64,000 bases of DNA from an uncultured Candidatus Rokubacteria bacterium (GCA_963749975.1 CAVVOZ010000016.1:8496-72495); one strand, 5' to 3'. Counted from the stretch's first letter, positions 1 through 10,810 are shown. Translations and numbers: made by a program. Notes: generated from the letters alone by a model not told the origin.

Positions 1-402
1 GGCGCGCGAAGCCATCGGTCGGCCCGTGATGGGTCCCGATCAGCGGGATCCGGAGGAGGCGGGACGTGGCGAAGGCCTCGAGCCCGGCTCCGAAGGGCAG
101 GTGGGCGTGCACCACGTCCGGCGCCCAGGTCCGGCAGCGGAGCACACCAAGCGCGGTTGGGACGATCGCGCGAGCCTGTCCGGTTCCCGTCCAGGAAGGG
201 CCGGAAGCCGCAGCACCGAGATCCCGTCGTCTCGGTGAGAGTCTGGCACGGCTTCTTCGAGAGGGTCGAACCGAGGGTAGCGTGGGACGGCGAGCAGGAC
301 CGCGTGTCCTCGGCGCCAGAGGGCCCGGGCGCTTGCCAGGAGTGATCCGGCGAAGTCGCCCATCTCCGGGTGGACCGTGTCGGCGAACATCGCGATTCGC
401 AT
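1..402 (-). CDS. Glycosyltransferase family 4, N-terminal part; runs off the left edge; apparent frame break near 160-180
   Basis: ORF 40..402 begins MRIAMFADTVHPEMGDFAGS...RGHAVLLAVP, a GT4-type N-terminus. Below about 170 the typical GT4 string PDVVHAHLPFGAGLEAFATSRLLRIPLIGTHH is read in a different minus-strand frame that stays open to position 1. Confidence 0.6.
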
Positions 403-587
403 CCCAGTCCGACCTCCGTCTACCCGCGATTGTCGGCCTGGGGGCTCACGAAACCTCTGTTACTGTAAGTCACCGTTACGGAATCGTCGGTTCGAGCGAC
501 AGGCAGCTCCGTCCTCGGCCTTGACAGGATCGCGCCGGCGGGAGGCCTGGATCCGCTGGGGGCACGCAATCGCGGGTCGCGCCCAGG

Positions 588-681
588 TTGGTGGGGTGGG
601 GGATTGGTCAATTTTGGTGGGGTGGACGCTTCTCCAATTGGCTGTTGACCGTGTCACGAATCGTCACGAAAATGGCTGGTA
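588..681 (+). promoter_or_regulatory. Putative pdxR promoter/operator region
   Basis: Direct repeat TTGGTGGGGTGG at 588-599 and 614-625 (26-bp period). Palindrome CCAATTGG at 634-641. TTGACC (645-650), 17 nt, GAAAAT (668-673). GTCACGAA repeated at 653-660 and 663-670. The second ATG (681) lies 7 nt after the -10 element, which suggests a leaderless start. Confidence 0.4.
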
Positions 682-2210
682 TGGCGCTCAGCCTCCAGCT
701 CGACCGCGGGAGCCCGGTGCCGCTGGCCCGGCAGATCCAGGAGCAGATCGAGCGGCTGATCCGCGAGGGGTGGCTGGCCCCGGGGGTGAAGCTGCCGGCG
801 ACGCGCGAGCTGGCGCAGGCGCTCGGCGTGAACCGGACGACCGTCGCGCTCGCCTACGAGGAGCTGGTGGCGGCGGGGCGGGTGCGGGCGCACGTGGGGC
901 AGGGGACGTTCGTGGCGGCGTCGCCGGCGGGTGGCGCGCGCCCCGCGCTGCCCTCGTCCGCGCGCGTGCCCCTCGACTGGTCGCGCCTGTTCTCGCGGAG
1001 CGCCCACATCGCCAGCTCGGGCGCGGAGCGACGGGCCGCCCTTCCCGCGGGGGGGCGGCCCGTGATCTCGTTCGCCGAGGGCACGCCGGACAGCGGGCTC
1101 TTCCCGACCGACGCGTTCCGGCGGGTGCTGAACCAGGTGGTCCGGACGGAGGGCGCGGCGCTCCTCCAGTACCCGCCGGGCGGTGACGGCTATCTGCCGC
1201 TCCGAGCGTACCTCGCCACCTACCTCCTGCGGTTCGGCGTCGAGGCGCGCGCCGACGACATCCTCGTCGTCAACGGCTCCCAGCAAGGCTTCGATCTGAT
1301 CGCCCGCACGTTCATCGATCCGGGTGACGTCGTGGCGATGGAGCAGCCGACGTACCCCCGCGCGATCGCCGTGTTCCGGGCCGCCGGGGCCCAGCTCGTG
1401 CCCGTGCCCTGGGACCGTGAGGGGCCGTCGGCCGACGCGCTCGAGCAGGTGCTGGCGCGCCACCGGCCGAAGCTCTTCTACTGCCAGCCGACCGCGCACA
1501 ACCCGACGGGGGTGACGATGTCGCCCGAGGCGGCGCGACGGGTGCTGGACGCGGCGGCGCGGCATCACGTGCCGGTCGTCGAGGACGGCTTCGACGGCAG
1601 CCTCTACTACGGCGACCGGCGGCCGCTCCCGCTCCGGGCGCTCGACCGAAACGGCCTCGTCCTCTACATCGGCACCTTCTCGAAGGTGCTGTTCCCGGGT
1701 CTCCGGCTCGGATGGCTCGTGGCGCCGCCGCCCGTCGTCGAGCGGCTGCGGGCGGCGAAGCAGCTCGCCGACCTGGGGACGAGCCCGCTCATCCAGGCCG
1801 CCGTCCACCGATTCTGCGAGCGACGCCTGCTGGACCGGCACATCGCCCGGATCGCGCGGGAGTACGACCGCCGCCGGACGGCGTTGCTCGAAGCGCTCGG
1901 CCGGCACATGCCGGAAGGGGTGAGCTGGACGGAGCCCCGCGGCGGCTTCTCGCTCCTCCTCACGCTGCCGGCGGGCTGCGACGCGGCAGGGCTCCTCCCG
2001 GGGGCTCTCCGCCGCGGGGTGGGCTTCACGCCCGGGGCGCGGTTCTTCGTGGACGGGAGCGGCGAGGGCACGGCACGGCTGTCGTTCTCCTCGGTGCCCG
2101 CGCGGCGGATCGACGACGGTGTCCGGCGGCTTGCCGAGGCGATCGCGGACTGGCGGCGGGGCGGCAGCCCCCGGCCGGCCCCCGACCGGCTCGAGGCGCT
2201 GGTGGTGTGA
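672..2210 (+). CDS. pdxR: MocR/GntR-family regulator with a PLP aminotransferase-like domain (PdxR-like)
   Basis: N-terminal winged HTH ([49 protein letters not shown]) plus a fold-type-I aminotransferase-like domain (...[21 protein letters not shown]...). It sits directly upstream of pdxS-pdxT. Alternative start at ATG 681. Confidence 0.8.
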   Translation: MAGMALSLQLDRGSPVPLARQIQEQIERLIREGWLAPGVKLPATRELAQALGVNRTTVALAYEELVAAGRVRAHVGQGTFVAASPAGGARPALPSSARVPLDWSRLFSRSAHIASSGAERRAALPAGGRPVISFAEGTPDSGLFPTDAFRRVLNQVVRTEGAALLQYPPGGDGYLPLRAYLATYLLRFGVEARADDILVVNGSQQGFDLIARTFIDPGDVVAMEQPTYPRAIAVFRAAGAQLVPVPWDREGPSADALEQVLARHRPKLFYCQPTAHNPTGVTMSPEAARRVLDAAARHHVPVVEDGFDGSLYYGDRRPLPLRALDRNGLVLYIGTFSKVLFPGLRLGWLVAPPPVVERLRAAKQLADLGTSPLIQAAVHRFCERRLLDRHIARIAREYDRRRTALLEALGRHMPEGVSWTEPRGGFSLLLTLPAGCDAAGLLPGALRRGVGFTPGARFFVDGSGEGTARLSFSSVPARRIDDGVRRLAEAIADWRRGGSPRPAPDRLEALVV

Positions 2211-2263
2211 TCTCGGACTCTCGGGGGGCTTCGGCCCTGACGAATGAAAAGGAGCGGCACACG

Positions 2264-3160
2264 ATGAGCGACGTGAACGGTCTCAGGATCGCGGATCCCA
2301 AGCACATCGGTCTCGCGGAGATGCTCAAGGGCGGGGTGATCATGGACGTGACCAACGCCGAGCAGGCGCGGATCGCCGAGCAGGCCGGCGCGGCGTCGGT
2401 GATGGCGCTCGAGCGCGTCCCCTCGGACATCCGGCGCGACGGCGGGGTCGCGCGCATGGCGGCCGTCAGCAAGATCCGGGAGATCCAGCAGACCGTCAGC
2501 ATCCCGGTGATGGCCAAGGCCCGGATCGGGCACTTCGTCGAGGCGCAGATCCTGGAGGCCCTGGCCGTCGACTTCATCGACGAGTCGGAGGTCCTCACCC
2601 CGGCCGACGAGCACTTCCACATCGACAAGCTCGCCTTCCGGGTGCCCTTCGTCTGCGGCGCCCGGGACCTCGGCGAGGCGCTCCGGCGGATCGGCGAGGG
2701 CGCCGCGATGATCCGGACGAAGGGGGAGGCCGGCTCGGGCAACATCGTCGAGGCCGTCCGGCACATGCGCGCGCTCACCACGGGCGTCCGGCGCCTGGCC
2801 TCGCTCGGCGCCGAGGAGCTCATGGCCGAGGCGAAGAACCTCGGCGCGCCCTACGACCTCGTGCGGTGGGTCGCGGCGAACCGGCGCCTGCCGGTGCCGA
2901 ACTTCTCCGCGGGCGGCATCGCCACTCCGGCCGACGCGGCCCTCATGATGCAGCTCGGGGCCGAGGCGGTCTTCGTGGGCTCGGGCGTCTTCAAGTCGAG
3001 CGACCCGGAGCGCCGGGCGCGCGCCATCGTGCAGGCGACGACCCACTACCGGGATCCCGACGTGCTCGCGAAGGTGAGCGAGGAGCTGGGCGACGCGATG
3101 GTGGGTCTCGAGACCTCCAAGCTCGCCGCCGGGGAGCTCCTCCAGACCCGGGGGTGGTGA
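2264..3160 (+). CDS. pdxS: Pyridoxal 5'-phosphate synthase, lyase subunit PdxS
   Basis: [49 protein letters not shown]...[20 protein letters not shown]... is the canonical PdxS sequence. AAAAGGAG ribosome-binding site lies upstream of ATG 2264. Confidence 0.95.
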   Translation: MSDVNGLRIADPKHIGLAEMLKGGVIMDVTNAEQARIAEQAGAASVMALERVPSDIRRDGGVARMAAVSKIREIQQTVSIPVMAKARIGHFVEAQILEALAVDFIDESEVLTPADEHFHIDKLAFRVPFVCGARDLGEALRRIGEGAAMIRTKGEAGSGNIVEAVRHMRALTTGVRRLASLGAEELMAEAKNLGAPYDLVRWVAANRRLPVPNFSAGGIATPADAALMMQLGAEAVFVGSGVFKSSDPERRARAIVQATTHYRDPDVLAKVSEELGDAMVGLETSKLAAGELLQTRGW

Positions 3161-3165
3161 GGACG

Positions 3166-3754
3166 GTGCGGATCGGCGTCCTCGCGCTCCAGGGCGATTT
3201 CGCGCTTCATGCGGCGGCCCTCCGCCGTGCCGGCGTGGAGCCGGTGGAGGTGCGAAAGCCCGGGGCGCTGGACGACGTGGAGGGTCTGATCCTTCCGGGC
3301 GGTGAGAGCACCACGCTCCTGCACCTGATGAACGTCTGGGACTTCGGGGCCGCCCTCCGGGCGTTCCACGCGAGCGGCCGCCCGCTCTTCGGCACCTGTG
3401 CCGGTCTGATCGTCCTCGCCCGGGAGGTCGAGGGTCCCGAGTCAGCCCTCTCTCGGGTTGATCGACGTGACCGTGGAGCGCAACAGCTACGGCCGCCAGC
3501 GGGAGTCCTTCGAGGCGGAGACGGCGGCGGCGCTCGGCGAGAGCCGTGACCCGCTCCGCATGGTCTTCATCCGGGCGCCACGCATCCGCCGCGTCGGCCC
3601 CGGAGTCGAGGTGCTGGCCCGTCACGCGGGCGACCCCGTCCTCGCGCGCGAGGGCACGGTCCTGGTCGCGACCTTCCACCCCGAGCTCACGGAGGACCTG
3701 GCCGTCCACCGCTACTTCTGCCAGATGGCGGAGGCGCGAGCGGCGGTCGTCTGA
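3166..3754 (+). CDS. pdxT: Pyridoxal 5'-phosphate synthase, glutaminase subunit PdxT; apparent +1 frame break near 3433-3443
   Basis: (M)RIGVLALQGDF...LILPGGESTT...FGTCAGLIVLAREVEG is in the frame of ORF 2866..3549. It continues as QPSLGLIDVTVERNSYGRQRESFEAE...FHPELTED in the frame of ORF 3458..3754. Confidence 0.85.
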
Positions 3755-3840
3755 TTCCCGGCCGTCCTCCCCGACCCCGTCGATCGCCCGGCCTCGGTCT
3801 GGCCCTCCCGGGCTACAATTCAGCCGCGAGGAGGGCGAGC

Positions 3841-4533
3841 GTGCCGGTGACGGTGCTACTGGTGGAGGACGAGCGTGACATCGCCGATCTCGTCCGCTAC
3901 CACGTCGAGAAGGCAGGCATGCGGTTCGTCCACGCGGCCGACGGTGGCGCCGCCCTCCGGCTCGCGCGCGCGGAGCGCCCCGACGTGGCCCTCCTCGACC
4001 TCATGTTGCCCGGGCTCGACGGACTGGAAGTCTGCCGCCAGCTTCGCGGAGACGCCGCCACCCGGCGCCTCCCCATCATCATGCTCACCGCCCGCGGCGA
4101 GGAGGTGGACCGGGTCGTGGGCCTCGAGCTCGGCGCGGACGACTACGTCGTCAAGCCGTTCAGCCCCCGGGAGCTCCTTGCCCGGATCCGCGCGGTGCTC
4201 CGGCGCGTCGAGGGGCCGGAGCCACCCGCGGCGGGGCGCACGACGGGCGATCTCCACGTCGACGAGGCGCGGCACGCCGTGACGGTCGGCGGTCGCCCCG
4301 TGGAGCTGACCGCCAAGGAGTTCGGTCTTCTCGCGGCGCTCATGCGGGCGGACGGCCGCGTGCTCAGCCGCGAGCAGCTCCTGGAAACGGTGTGGGGCTA
4401 CGCGAACGCCGCGGAGATCGAGTCGCGGACCGTGGACGTCCACGTTCGCCGTCTCCGCGCGAAGCTCGGGGCCGAGGCGCGCCGCATCGTGACGGTCAAG
4501 GCCGTCGGCTACCGGTTCGACGGCGAAACGTGA
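3841..4533 (+). CDS. OmpR/PhoB-family response regulator
   Basis: Receiver domain (VLLVEDERDIADL...DVALLDLMLPGLDG...DDYVVKPFSPRELLARI) plus winged-helix output domain (LTAKEFGLLAALM...RTVDVHVRRLRAKL...VGYRF). Confidence 0.9.
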   Translation: MPVTVLLVEDERDIADLVRYHVEKAGMRFVHAADGGAALRLARAERPDVALLDLMLPGLDGLEVCRQLRGDAATRRLPIIMLTARGEEVDRVVGLELGADDYVVKPFSPRELLARIRAVLRRVEGPEPPAAGRTTGDLHVDEARHAVTVGGRPVELTAKEFGLLAALMRADGRVLSREQLLETVWGYANAAEIESRTVDVHVRRLRAKLGAEARRIVTVKAVGYRFDGET

Positions 4534-6342
4534 CGCCGCACGGGGCGGCGCGGCGCCGCTTCGGTCTCGCCGCGCGACTCACCATCCTCCTCGGAGTCGT
4601 CGCCGGCCTGGGCGTTCTCGTCATGGGGATCTACGTGAGCCGCACCCTCGAGGCGCAAGCCGTCGCGCGGCTCCAGGGGACGCTCGTCACCCACGCGGGG
4701 CTTCTCCACGACGCATTCGTGCCCCTGCTCGACGGCCCGCCCGGTGGGCCCGACCTCCAGGGACGTGCCCAGCGCTACGCGCGGGTCCTCGGGGCGCGGG
4801 TGACCGTCATCGGCGCCGACGGCATCGTCCTGGCCGAATCCGACCGCGAGTCCGTCCGCGAGATCGAGAATCACGCCAGCCGCCCGGAGGTGCGCCGGGC
4901 GCTGGCGGGCGAGGTCGGCAGCGACGTCCGCCGGAGCGCGACCGTCGGACGCGACCTCCTGTACGTCGCGGTGCCGATCGAGCGCGAGGGCCGGCGGCGC
5001 GCGGTCCTCCGGCTCGCGCTCCCGACGCACGACGTCGACGAGGCCCGGGCGCTCGTCCGCCGCACCGTTGCCGGCGGCGCCATCCTCGCCATCTGCGTGG
5101 CCGTGGTGATCGGGCTCTTCGTGAGCCGGCGGGTGACGCGGCCCCTCCGGGGGATGGAGAACGCCGCCCGCCGGATGGCCGAGGGCGACCTCGCGCAGGC
5201 GGTGCCCGTCGCGGGAACGGATGAGATCGCCGCGCTCGGGGTCGCGCTCAACCGGACGGCCCTGGCGCTTCGCGAGAAGATCGAGCGTCTCGGCGACGAG
5301 CAGGCGAAGGTGCGCACGATCCTCGACGGGATGACCGAGGGGGTCGTGGCGCTGGACGACCGGGGCCGGCTCCTCCTCCTCAATCCCGCGGCGCGGGCGA
5401 TGTTCGGGGTCGAGAACGGGGTCGCCGAGGGTCGGCCCTTCGTCGAGGTCATCCGGCAGAAGGGGCTCCTCGATCTGGTGGAGGAGGTGCGGGCCTCGGC
5501 GTCGCCGGCGCGGCACGAGCTCGAGCTGGGCCCGCCCGTCAATCGCGTGGTCGCGGCGCGCGGCGCGCCGCTCGGCCTCGGGCCGGAGTCGGCGGGCGTG
5601 CTCCTCGTCCTTCACGACGTGACCGAGCTCCGCCGGCTCGAGCGGGTCCGGAGCGAGTTCGTGGCCAACGTCTCCCACGAGCTCAGGACGCCGCTCACGT
5701 GCATCAAGGGCTACCTCGAGACGCTCCTCGACGGCGCGCTCGACGACCGGGCTCAACGCGCGGCGCTTCCTCGAGGTCGCCGGGACGCATGCCGAGCGGC
5801 TCGACCGTCTCATCGACGACCTGCTCGAGCTGTCGAACATCGAGAGCGGCCGCGTCACGCTGGTGCCGATGCGGCTCGACCTGGGCGACGTCGTCGCCGG
5901 GGTCGTGGCCATGTTCGAGCGTCGGACCGCCCAGAACCGCCAGACGCTGGAGGGCGCCGTGCCGCCGGGCCTGGCGGTCCGCGCGGACCGGGACCGTCTC
6001 GTCCAGATCCTGGTGAACCTCGTGGACAACGCGGTCAAGTTCACGCCCGAGGGTGGCCGGGTCCGCATCGAGGCCGGGGCGGGGCCGGAGGGCCGCGTCG
6101 CGGTCCGGGTCCGCGACACGGGCATCGGGATCCCGTCGACCGAGCTGCCGAGGATCACGGAGCGCTTCTACCGCGTGGACAAGACCCGGTCGCGGGAGGT
6201 CGGCGGGACGGGGCTCGGGCTCGCGATCGTGAAGCATCTGGTCCAGGCGCACGGGGGCGAGCTTCACGTGGAGAGCGTCCTCGGCCACGGCACGACGGTG
6301 AGCTTCACGCTGCCCGCGGGCGACGGAGCCGCCGCGCCCTGA
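4530..6342 (+). CDS. Sensor histidine kinase (TM-sensor-TM-HAMP-PAS-HisKA-HATPase, PhoR-like); apparent +1 frame break near 5745-5760
   Basis: GTG 4530 overlaps the regulator stop as GTGA. H-box is SHELRTPLTCIKGYLETLLDGALDD. After about 5750 the protein continues in the next frame: ARRFLEVAGTHAERLDRLIDDLLELSNIESG...VDNAVKFTPEGG...DTGIGIP...GGTGLGLAIVKHLV. Confidence 0.85.
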
Positions 6343-8197
6343 GCGCCGACGCCTGGGGCATCGAGGATGGCTACATCGACACCGGCGGGGCCTGGCGCCC
6401 GACGGGGACCGGGGCGCGGGCCCGGATCCGCGTGGCGATGGGCGCGACCGGCGAGGCGCCTCCACCGGATGCCGGTCCGCTCGTCCACCGCCACGGCCAG
6501 CCGTTGCCGGCCGTCGAGGGGGCTGTCGAGCTCGCTCTCGAGGACGGGACGCTCCTCCGGGTAGATCGGGGACTGCCGCCGGATCTGCCCCTCGGCTACC
6601 ACGAGCTCCGGCCGCTCGACGGCCGGCCGGCCGTGCGCCTCATCGTGGCGCCCCCGCGCTGCCACCTCCCCGAAGGACTCCGGAGCTGGGGGTGGGCGAT
6701 CCAGCTCTATGCGCTCCGGTCACGGCGGAGCTGGGGGATCGGCGACCTCGCCGATCTCCGGCAGCTCGCCGACTGGTCGGCGCTCGCGCTCGGGGCGGGC
6801 GCGGTCGTTCTGAACCCGCTCCACGCGACGCTCCCGCTCGTGCCGCAGGAGCCGAGCCCGTACTTTCCCTCGAGCCGCCGCTACCGGAATCCGCTCTACC
6901 TCCGGGTCGAGGAGGTGCCCGGTGCGGCGGAGGCCGGACTCGACGTGGAGCGGCTGGCAGTCCAGGGGCGCGCTCTCAACGCCGAGCGCCGGATCGATCG
7001 CGACGCCGTGTTCCGGCTCAAGATGGCGGCCCTCGGCGGGCTGTGGGCGCGCGGCGCCGCCGGCGCGGATGGGTTCGCTCGCTATCGCGCCCGGGAGGGT
7101 CGAGGCCTCGAGGAGTTCGCGGTCTTCTGCGCGCTCGCCGAGCGTCACGGGTCGGGGTGGCGGCGCTGGCCAGCCGAGCACCAACATCCCGCGTCCCCCG
7201 CGGTCGCGCGCTTCGCCGCCGAGCAGCGGGAGCGGGTCGCGATTTCACGCCTGGCTCCAGTGGCTGCTCGACGAGCAGCTGGCTCGCGCCGGGCGGGCGC
7301 TTCGCCTGGTGACCGACCTGGCCATCGGCTTCGATGGCGAGGGCGCCGACGCCTGGGCGTGGCAGGACGTGCTGGCCCAGGGCGTCACGGTGGGGGCGCC
7401 GCCCGACGACTTCGCGCTCGAGGGGCAGGACTGGGGGCTGCCGCCATTCGTGCCGCACCGGCTCCGCGCCGCGGGGTACGGGCCGTTCGTCGAGACGGTG
7501 CGGGCCGGGTTCCGTCACGCCGGCGGGATGCGCGTCGACCACGTCATGGGGCTCTTCCGGCTGTTCTGGGTTCCCGGGGGCGCAACGGCCCGGAGCGGGG
7601 CGTACGTCCGTTACCCCACCGACGACCTTCTGGCCATCCTCGCGCTGGAGAGCGAGCGGGCGGGCGCCCTCGTCATCGGCGAGGACCTCGGAACCGTCGC
7701 GCCCGGCGTACGCGAGCGCCTCTTCGCCGAGCGGATCCTCTCGACCCGCGTGCTCTGGTTCGAGCCCGGCCCGCCCGCCGGCTACCCCGGGCTGTCGCTC
7801 GCGGCGGTCACCACGCACGACCTCCCGACGGTGCGGGGCCTCTGGACCGGCAGCGACCTCCGGGAGCAGGAGGCCGTCGGGATCCCGCCGAACGTGGCGG
7901 GAACGGAGGCGCTCCGGGCGCGCCTTCGCGAGCTGACCGCGGCTGCCGGACGACGCGCCGTCCGATGCCGTGGCGCTCTCGATCCACCGGCGCCTCGCCG
8001 AGGCGCCCTCGGTCCTGGTCGCGGCGACGCTGGAGGACGTCCTCGGCGTCGCGGAGCGGCCGAACCTCCCGGGGACGACGGGCGACCGCCGCGCGAACTG
8101 GTCGCTGGCGCTGCCCCAGACGCTCGAGGCGATCGAGGCCGACCCGCGGCCCCGGGCCTTCGCCGAGATCCTCGGCCGCCGTTCCCCGGCGTCCTGA
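6339..8197 (+). CDS. malQ: 4-alpha-glucanotransferase (amylomaltase); two apparent +1 frame breaks (about 7238-7246 and 7937-7947); no canonical start codon
   Basis: WGWAIQLYALRSRRSWGIGDLADL...LNPLHA...SPYFPSSRRYRNPLYL, then FHAWLQWLLDEQL...DLAIGFDGEGADAW...GAPPDDFALEGQDWGLPPF...MRVDHVMGLFRLFWVP..., then TLEDVLGVAERPNLPGTT. These three segments lie in three successive frames. The conserved N-terminus (SADAWGIEDGY) begins right at a CTG that overlaps the kinase stop. Confidence 0.8.
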
Positions 8198-8258
8198 GCT
8201 CTCCGACGGGCCCCGCGCAGCTTGCGCCGCGCCGCTGGCGGGGCGGATACTAGCGCCC

Positions 8259-8966
8259 GTGATCGAGAGGCTTCACCGAGCCCGCATGGTCCAGGCGGCC
8301 GTGCTCGCGCTCGCCGTCCTGGCGGCCGCGACCCCGGCCGACGAGATGCTCCACGACTTCGTGTTCCGCCACTTCGTCTCGCACGAGGTGCGCCTCCTCG
8401 CGAACGGCTTCACGCTCCTGGGCACGACGGAGGTCGCGACCGTCGGCCTCCTTGGCCTGGCGGCCGTGGCTCACCGGACGGCTGACGCCCAGATGTGGCA
8501 GGCGGCGGTGGGCGGCGTGGCAGGCGTCCTCCTCGCGGGACTCGCGACGCAGGTGGTCAAGCACGTCGCGTGTCGCGCGCGGCCTCGGCTCGTCGACGGC
8601 TGGGGCGTCGGGGCGTCGACGCCGCCCGACGCGCCCGCGCGCCGCGGGTTCTTTCACTGGCCGTGCTTCGGAGAGCGTGACTACCACGGATTCCCGTCGG
8701 GTCATGCCGCGACCGCCTTCGCGGCTGCCGCCGCCCTCGTCGGATGGGCGCCGGGCCGACGCCGCGGGTGGGTTCTCGCCGCGGCCTCCGGCGTGGGCGC
8801 CTCGCGCGTCGTGCTGAACGCCCACTTCCTCTCGGACGTGCTCGGCGGCGCGCTCTTCGGCTGGTGGGCCGGCGAGGCGGGCGTCTACCTCGTGGCCCGC
8901 TACCTCGCTCCTCGCTGGCGCGCGCGTACGCCGGGGCCTGTCCCGCGGAGCCGAGCGGCGGCGTGA
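8259..8966 (+). CDS. PAP2-family (acid phosphatase / lipid phosphate phosphatase) membrane protein
   Basis: PAP2 motifs KHVACRARP, PSGH and SRVVLNAHFLSD, with several hydrophobic helices. Alternative start at ATG 8286. Confidence 0.75.
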   Translation: MIERLHRARMVQAAVLALAVLAAATPADEMLHDFVFRHFVSHEVRLLANGFTLLGTTEVATVGLLGLAAVAHRTADAQMWQAAVGGVAGVLLAGLATQVVKHVACRARPRLVDGWGVGASTPPDAPARRGFFHWPCFGERDYHGFPSGHAATAFAAAAALVGWAPGRRRGWVLAAASGVGASRVVLNAHFLSDVLGGALFGWWAGEAGVYLVARYLAPRWRARTPGPVPRSRAAA

Positions 8967-9940
8967 TGCCGCGCTGCCTGGTCGTCCATCCAGGCGCGCT
9001 GGGCGACGTGCTCCTGGCCGGGCCCGCGCTCGGGCATCTGCGCGCGCTCGGCTTCCGTACGACGCTGGCCGTCACCTCCCGTCTCGTGCCTCTCTTCAGA
9101 GGCTCGGGCCTGGTCGACGACGCGTGCGACCTCGAGGCCCTGGCCCTCCATCGGCTCTTCGTCGAGCCGCCCGGTGCGGCGGCGCACGACGGCGTCGCGA
9201 GCTTCGACGCCCTCGTGTGCTGGCTCGGGGCAGGGGACTCGGCCTTTCGCGCGAACCTCGCCCGGCTCGGCCGTCCCACGGTGGTCGCGCGAGCCGTCCC
9301 GCCGCCGGGGACCGGCCGCCACGTGAGCCGGCATCTCCTCGAGACCCTGGCTCCGCTGGGGCCTCTTCCGGCCGGCCTCCCCTCCGTGCGCCTTCGTGCG
9401 ACGGAGGCCAGCCGGGCCGTGGCCGGAGCGTGGCTCGCTGCCCGGGGGCTCGGACCCGCGGAGGCCGTGGTCCTCCAGCCGGGTGCCGGGAGCGCCGCCA
9501 AGGTGTGGCCGGGCTTCGCGGTCCTGGCGGACCGGCTCCGCGCCGCCGGCCTTCCGCTGGTCGCCCTGGCTGGGCCGGCCGACGGACCGGTCGTGCAGGC
9601 GCTCCTCGAGGTCGGGGCGCTGCAGGAGGACAGCCTGGTCCGGGACTGGCCGCTTCCGGAGATCGCGGCTCTCCTCTCGCTCGCGCGCGCTGTCGTGGGC
9701 AACGATTCGGGCCCGACCCATCTCGCGGCGGTCGTGGGCTGCCCGACCGTGGCGCTCTTCGGGCCGACCGATCCGGCGGTGTGGGCGCCACTCGGTGCCC
9801 ATGTGCGGGCGATCGCCGGCCCCCCCGGCGGCGCTCCCTGGGCGGACGTCGATCGCGTGGTGGCGACGCTCCGGGCCCTCCTGGCGGCGCCTGGCGTGGA
9901 CGCGCCGGCTGAGCCCGTGCGCGCCGGTGTGGGGGCATGA
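8966..9940 (+). CDS. Glycosyltransferase family 9 (heptosyltransferase-like)
   Basis: MPRCLVVHPGALGDVLLAGPAL...VVLQPGAGSAAKVWP...LLSLARAVVGNDSGPTHLAAVVGCPTVALFGPTDP is a typical GT9 signature. The ATG overlaps the PAP2 stop (TGATG). Confidence 0.8.
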   Translation: MPRCLVVHPGALGDVLLAGPALGHLRALGFRTTLAVTSRLVPLFRGSGLVDDACDLEALALHRLFVEPPGAAAHDGVASFDALVCWLGAGDSAFRANLARLGRPTVVARAVPPPGTGRHVSRHLLETLAPLGPLPAGLPSVRLRATEASRAVAGAWLAARGLGPAEAVVLQPGAGSAAKVWPGFAVLADRLRAAGLPLVALAGPADGPVVQALLEVGALQEDSLVRDWPLPEIAALLSLARAVVGNDSGPTHLAAVVGCPTVALFGPTDPAVWAPLGAHVRAIAGPPGGAPWADVDRVVATLRALLAAPGVDAPAEPVRAGVGA

Positions 9941-9947
9941 GGGAGGA

Positions 9948-10388
9948 ATGGCGCTGATCGAGATCCGCCCGCCGCGCCAGGGTGACGCACGCCCGTGCGC
10001 CGAGCTGGCGGCGCTCGTCGTCGGCCCCGACCGCGCCGGGCCGCTCGTCAAGGCGCACCTGGAGCAGCACCACCTCATCGTCGCGGAGGCGGACGGTGAG
10101 GTCGTCGGGCTCTGCGCCTACCGGACCGACTGGTTCCAGTGCACGTTCGTCTCGCTGGTGGTCGTGCAGGAGAAGTTCCGGCGGCGGGGTATCGCGCGCG
10201 AGCTGATGCGGTCAGTCGACGCGGTTTCCCCGACTCCCCGCGTCTTCTCGTCCGTGGACGAGACGAACGGCCCCGCGATCCGCCTGCACGGCGCTCTCGG
10301 CTTCGCGCCCAGCGGCCACATCGACAACCTGCCGCAGGGGACACGCGAGCTGCTCTTCTACCGGCGCGTCCCGCCGCGACGGATCTGA
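9948..10388 (+). CDS. GNAT-family N-acetyltransferase
   Basis: VVVQEKFRRRGIARELM (the acetyl-CoA Q/RxxGxG/A-type segment) and ...AIRLHGALGF. GGGAGG ribosome-binding site lies before ATG 9948. Confidence 0.7.
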   Translation: MALIEIRPPRQGDARPCAELAALVVGPDRAGPLVKAHLEQHHLIVAEADGEVVGLCAYRTDWFQCTFVSLVVVQEKFRRRGIARELMRSVDAVSPTPRVFSSVDETNGPAIRLHGALGFAPSGHIDNLPQGTRELLFYRRVPPRRI

Positions 10389-10390
10389 CG

Positions 10391-10810
10391 ATGCGCAAGC
10401 GACGGCCCGGCCCCCCGCCTGGTCCGCGCGGCACAGGCCGCGCGCGCCGGGACCGGCGGGTGATGCGCCAGGGTGGAGAGGGAGTGTCGGCGGAGCTGAA
10501 CCGCGTCCTGAGCGGCTGGTTCGGCGTCCGGATCACGCCGATGTTCGGGCGGTTCGGCTACTTCGTCGGCGAGCAGCTGTTCGCCTGCTACCCCATCCGG
10601 CCGCGAGACAACGACCTCTGGGTGCGGCTGTCGCGCTCGGATCAGGCCCGCGCGCTGGCGACGCCGGGGGTGCGGCCGCACCGCCGGTTCGCGGGCCGCG
10701 GCTGGATCGAGTGTGACGTCGAGGACCCCGAGGTCCTCTCGCGCGCGTTCCGCTGGCTCCGGCGTGGGTACGAGTATGCGACGCGCTCGGCGCCGGACGA
10801 GGCGCCGTGA
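10391..10810 (+). CDS. Small conserved protein, TfoX-N-terminal-domain-like
   Basis: The core MFGRFGYFVGEQLFACYP...LWVRL... resembles the TfoX/Sxy N-terminal domain family. The N-terminal 25-45 codons are Arg/Pro-rich, so the true start may be ATG 10463 or later. Confidence 0.4.
   Translation: MRKRRPGPPPGPRGTGRARRDRRVMRQGGEGVSAELNRVLSGWFGVRITPMFGRFGYFVGEQLFACYPIRPRDNDLWVRLSRSDQARALATPGVRPHRRFAGRGWIECDVEDPEVLSRAFRWLRRGYEYATRSAPDEAP

Noticed and set aside
4392-8966. 1524-aa ORF spanning the kinase, malQ and PAP2 region
   Set aside because: It is an artefact of a stop-poor frame in GC-rich DNA. Only segments of it match real proteins (kinase N-terminus, malQ N-terminus, PAP2). The stretches in between are Arg/Pro/Gly-rich nonsense, while the true continuations lie in other frames.
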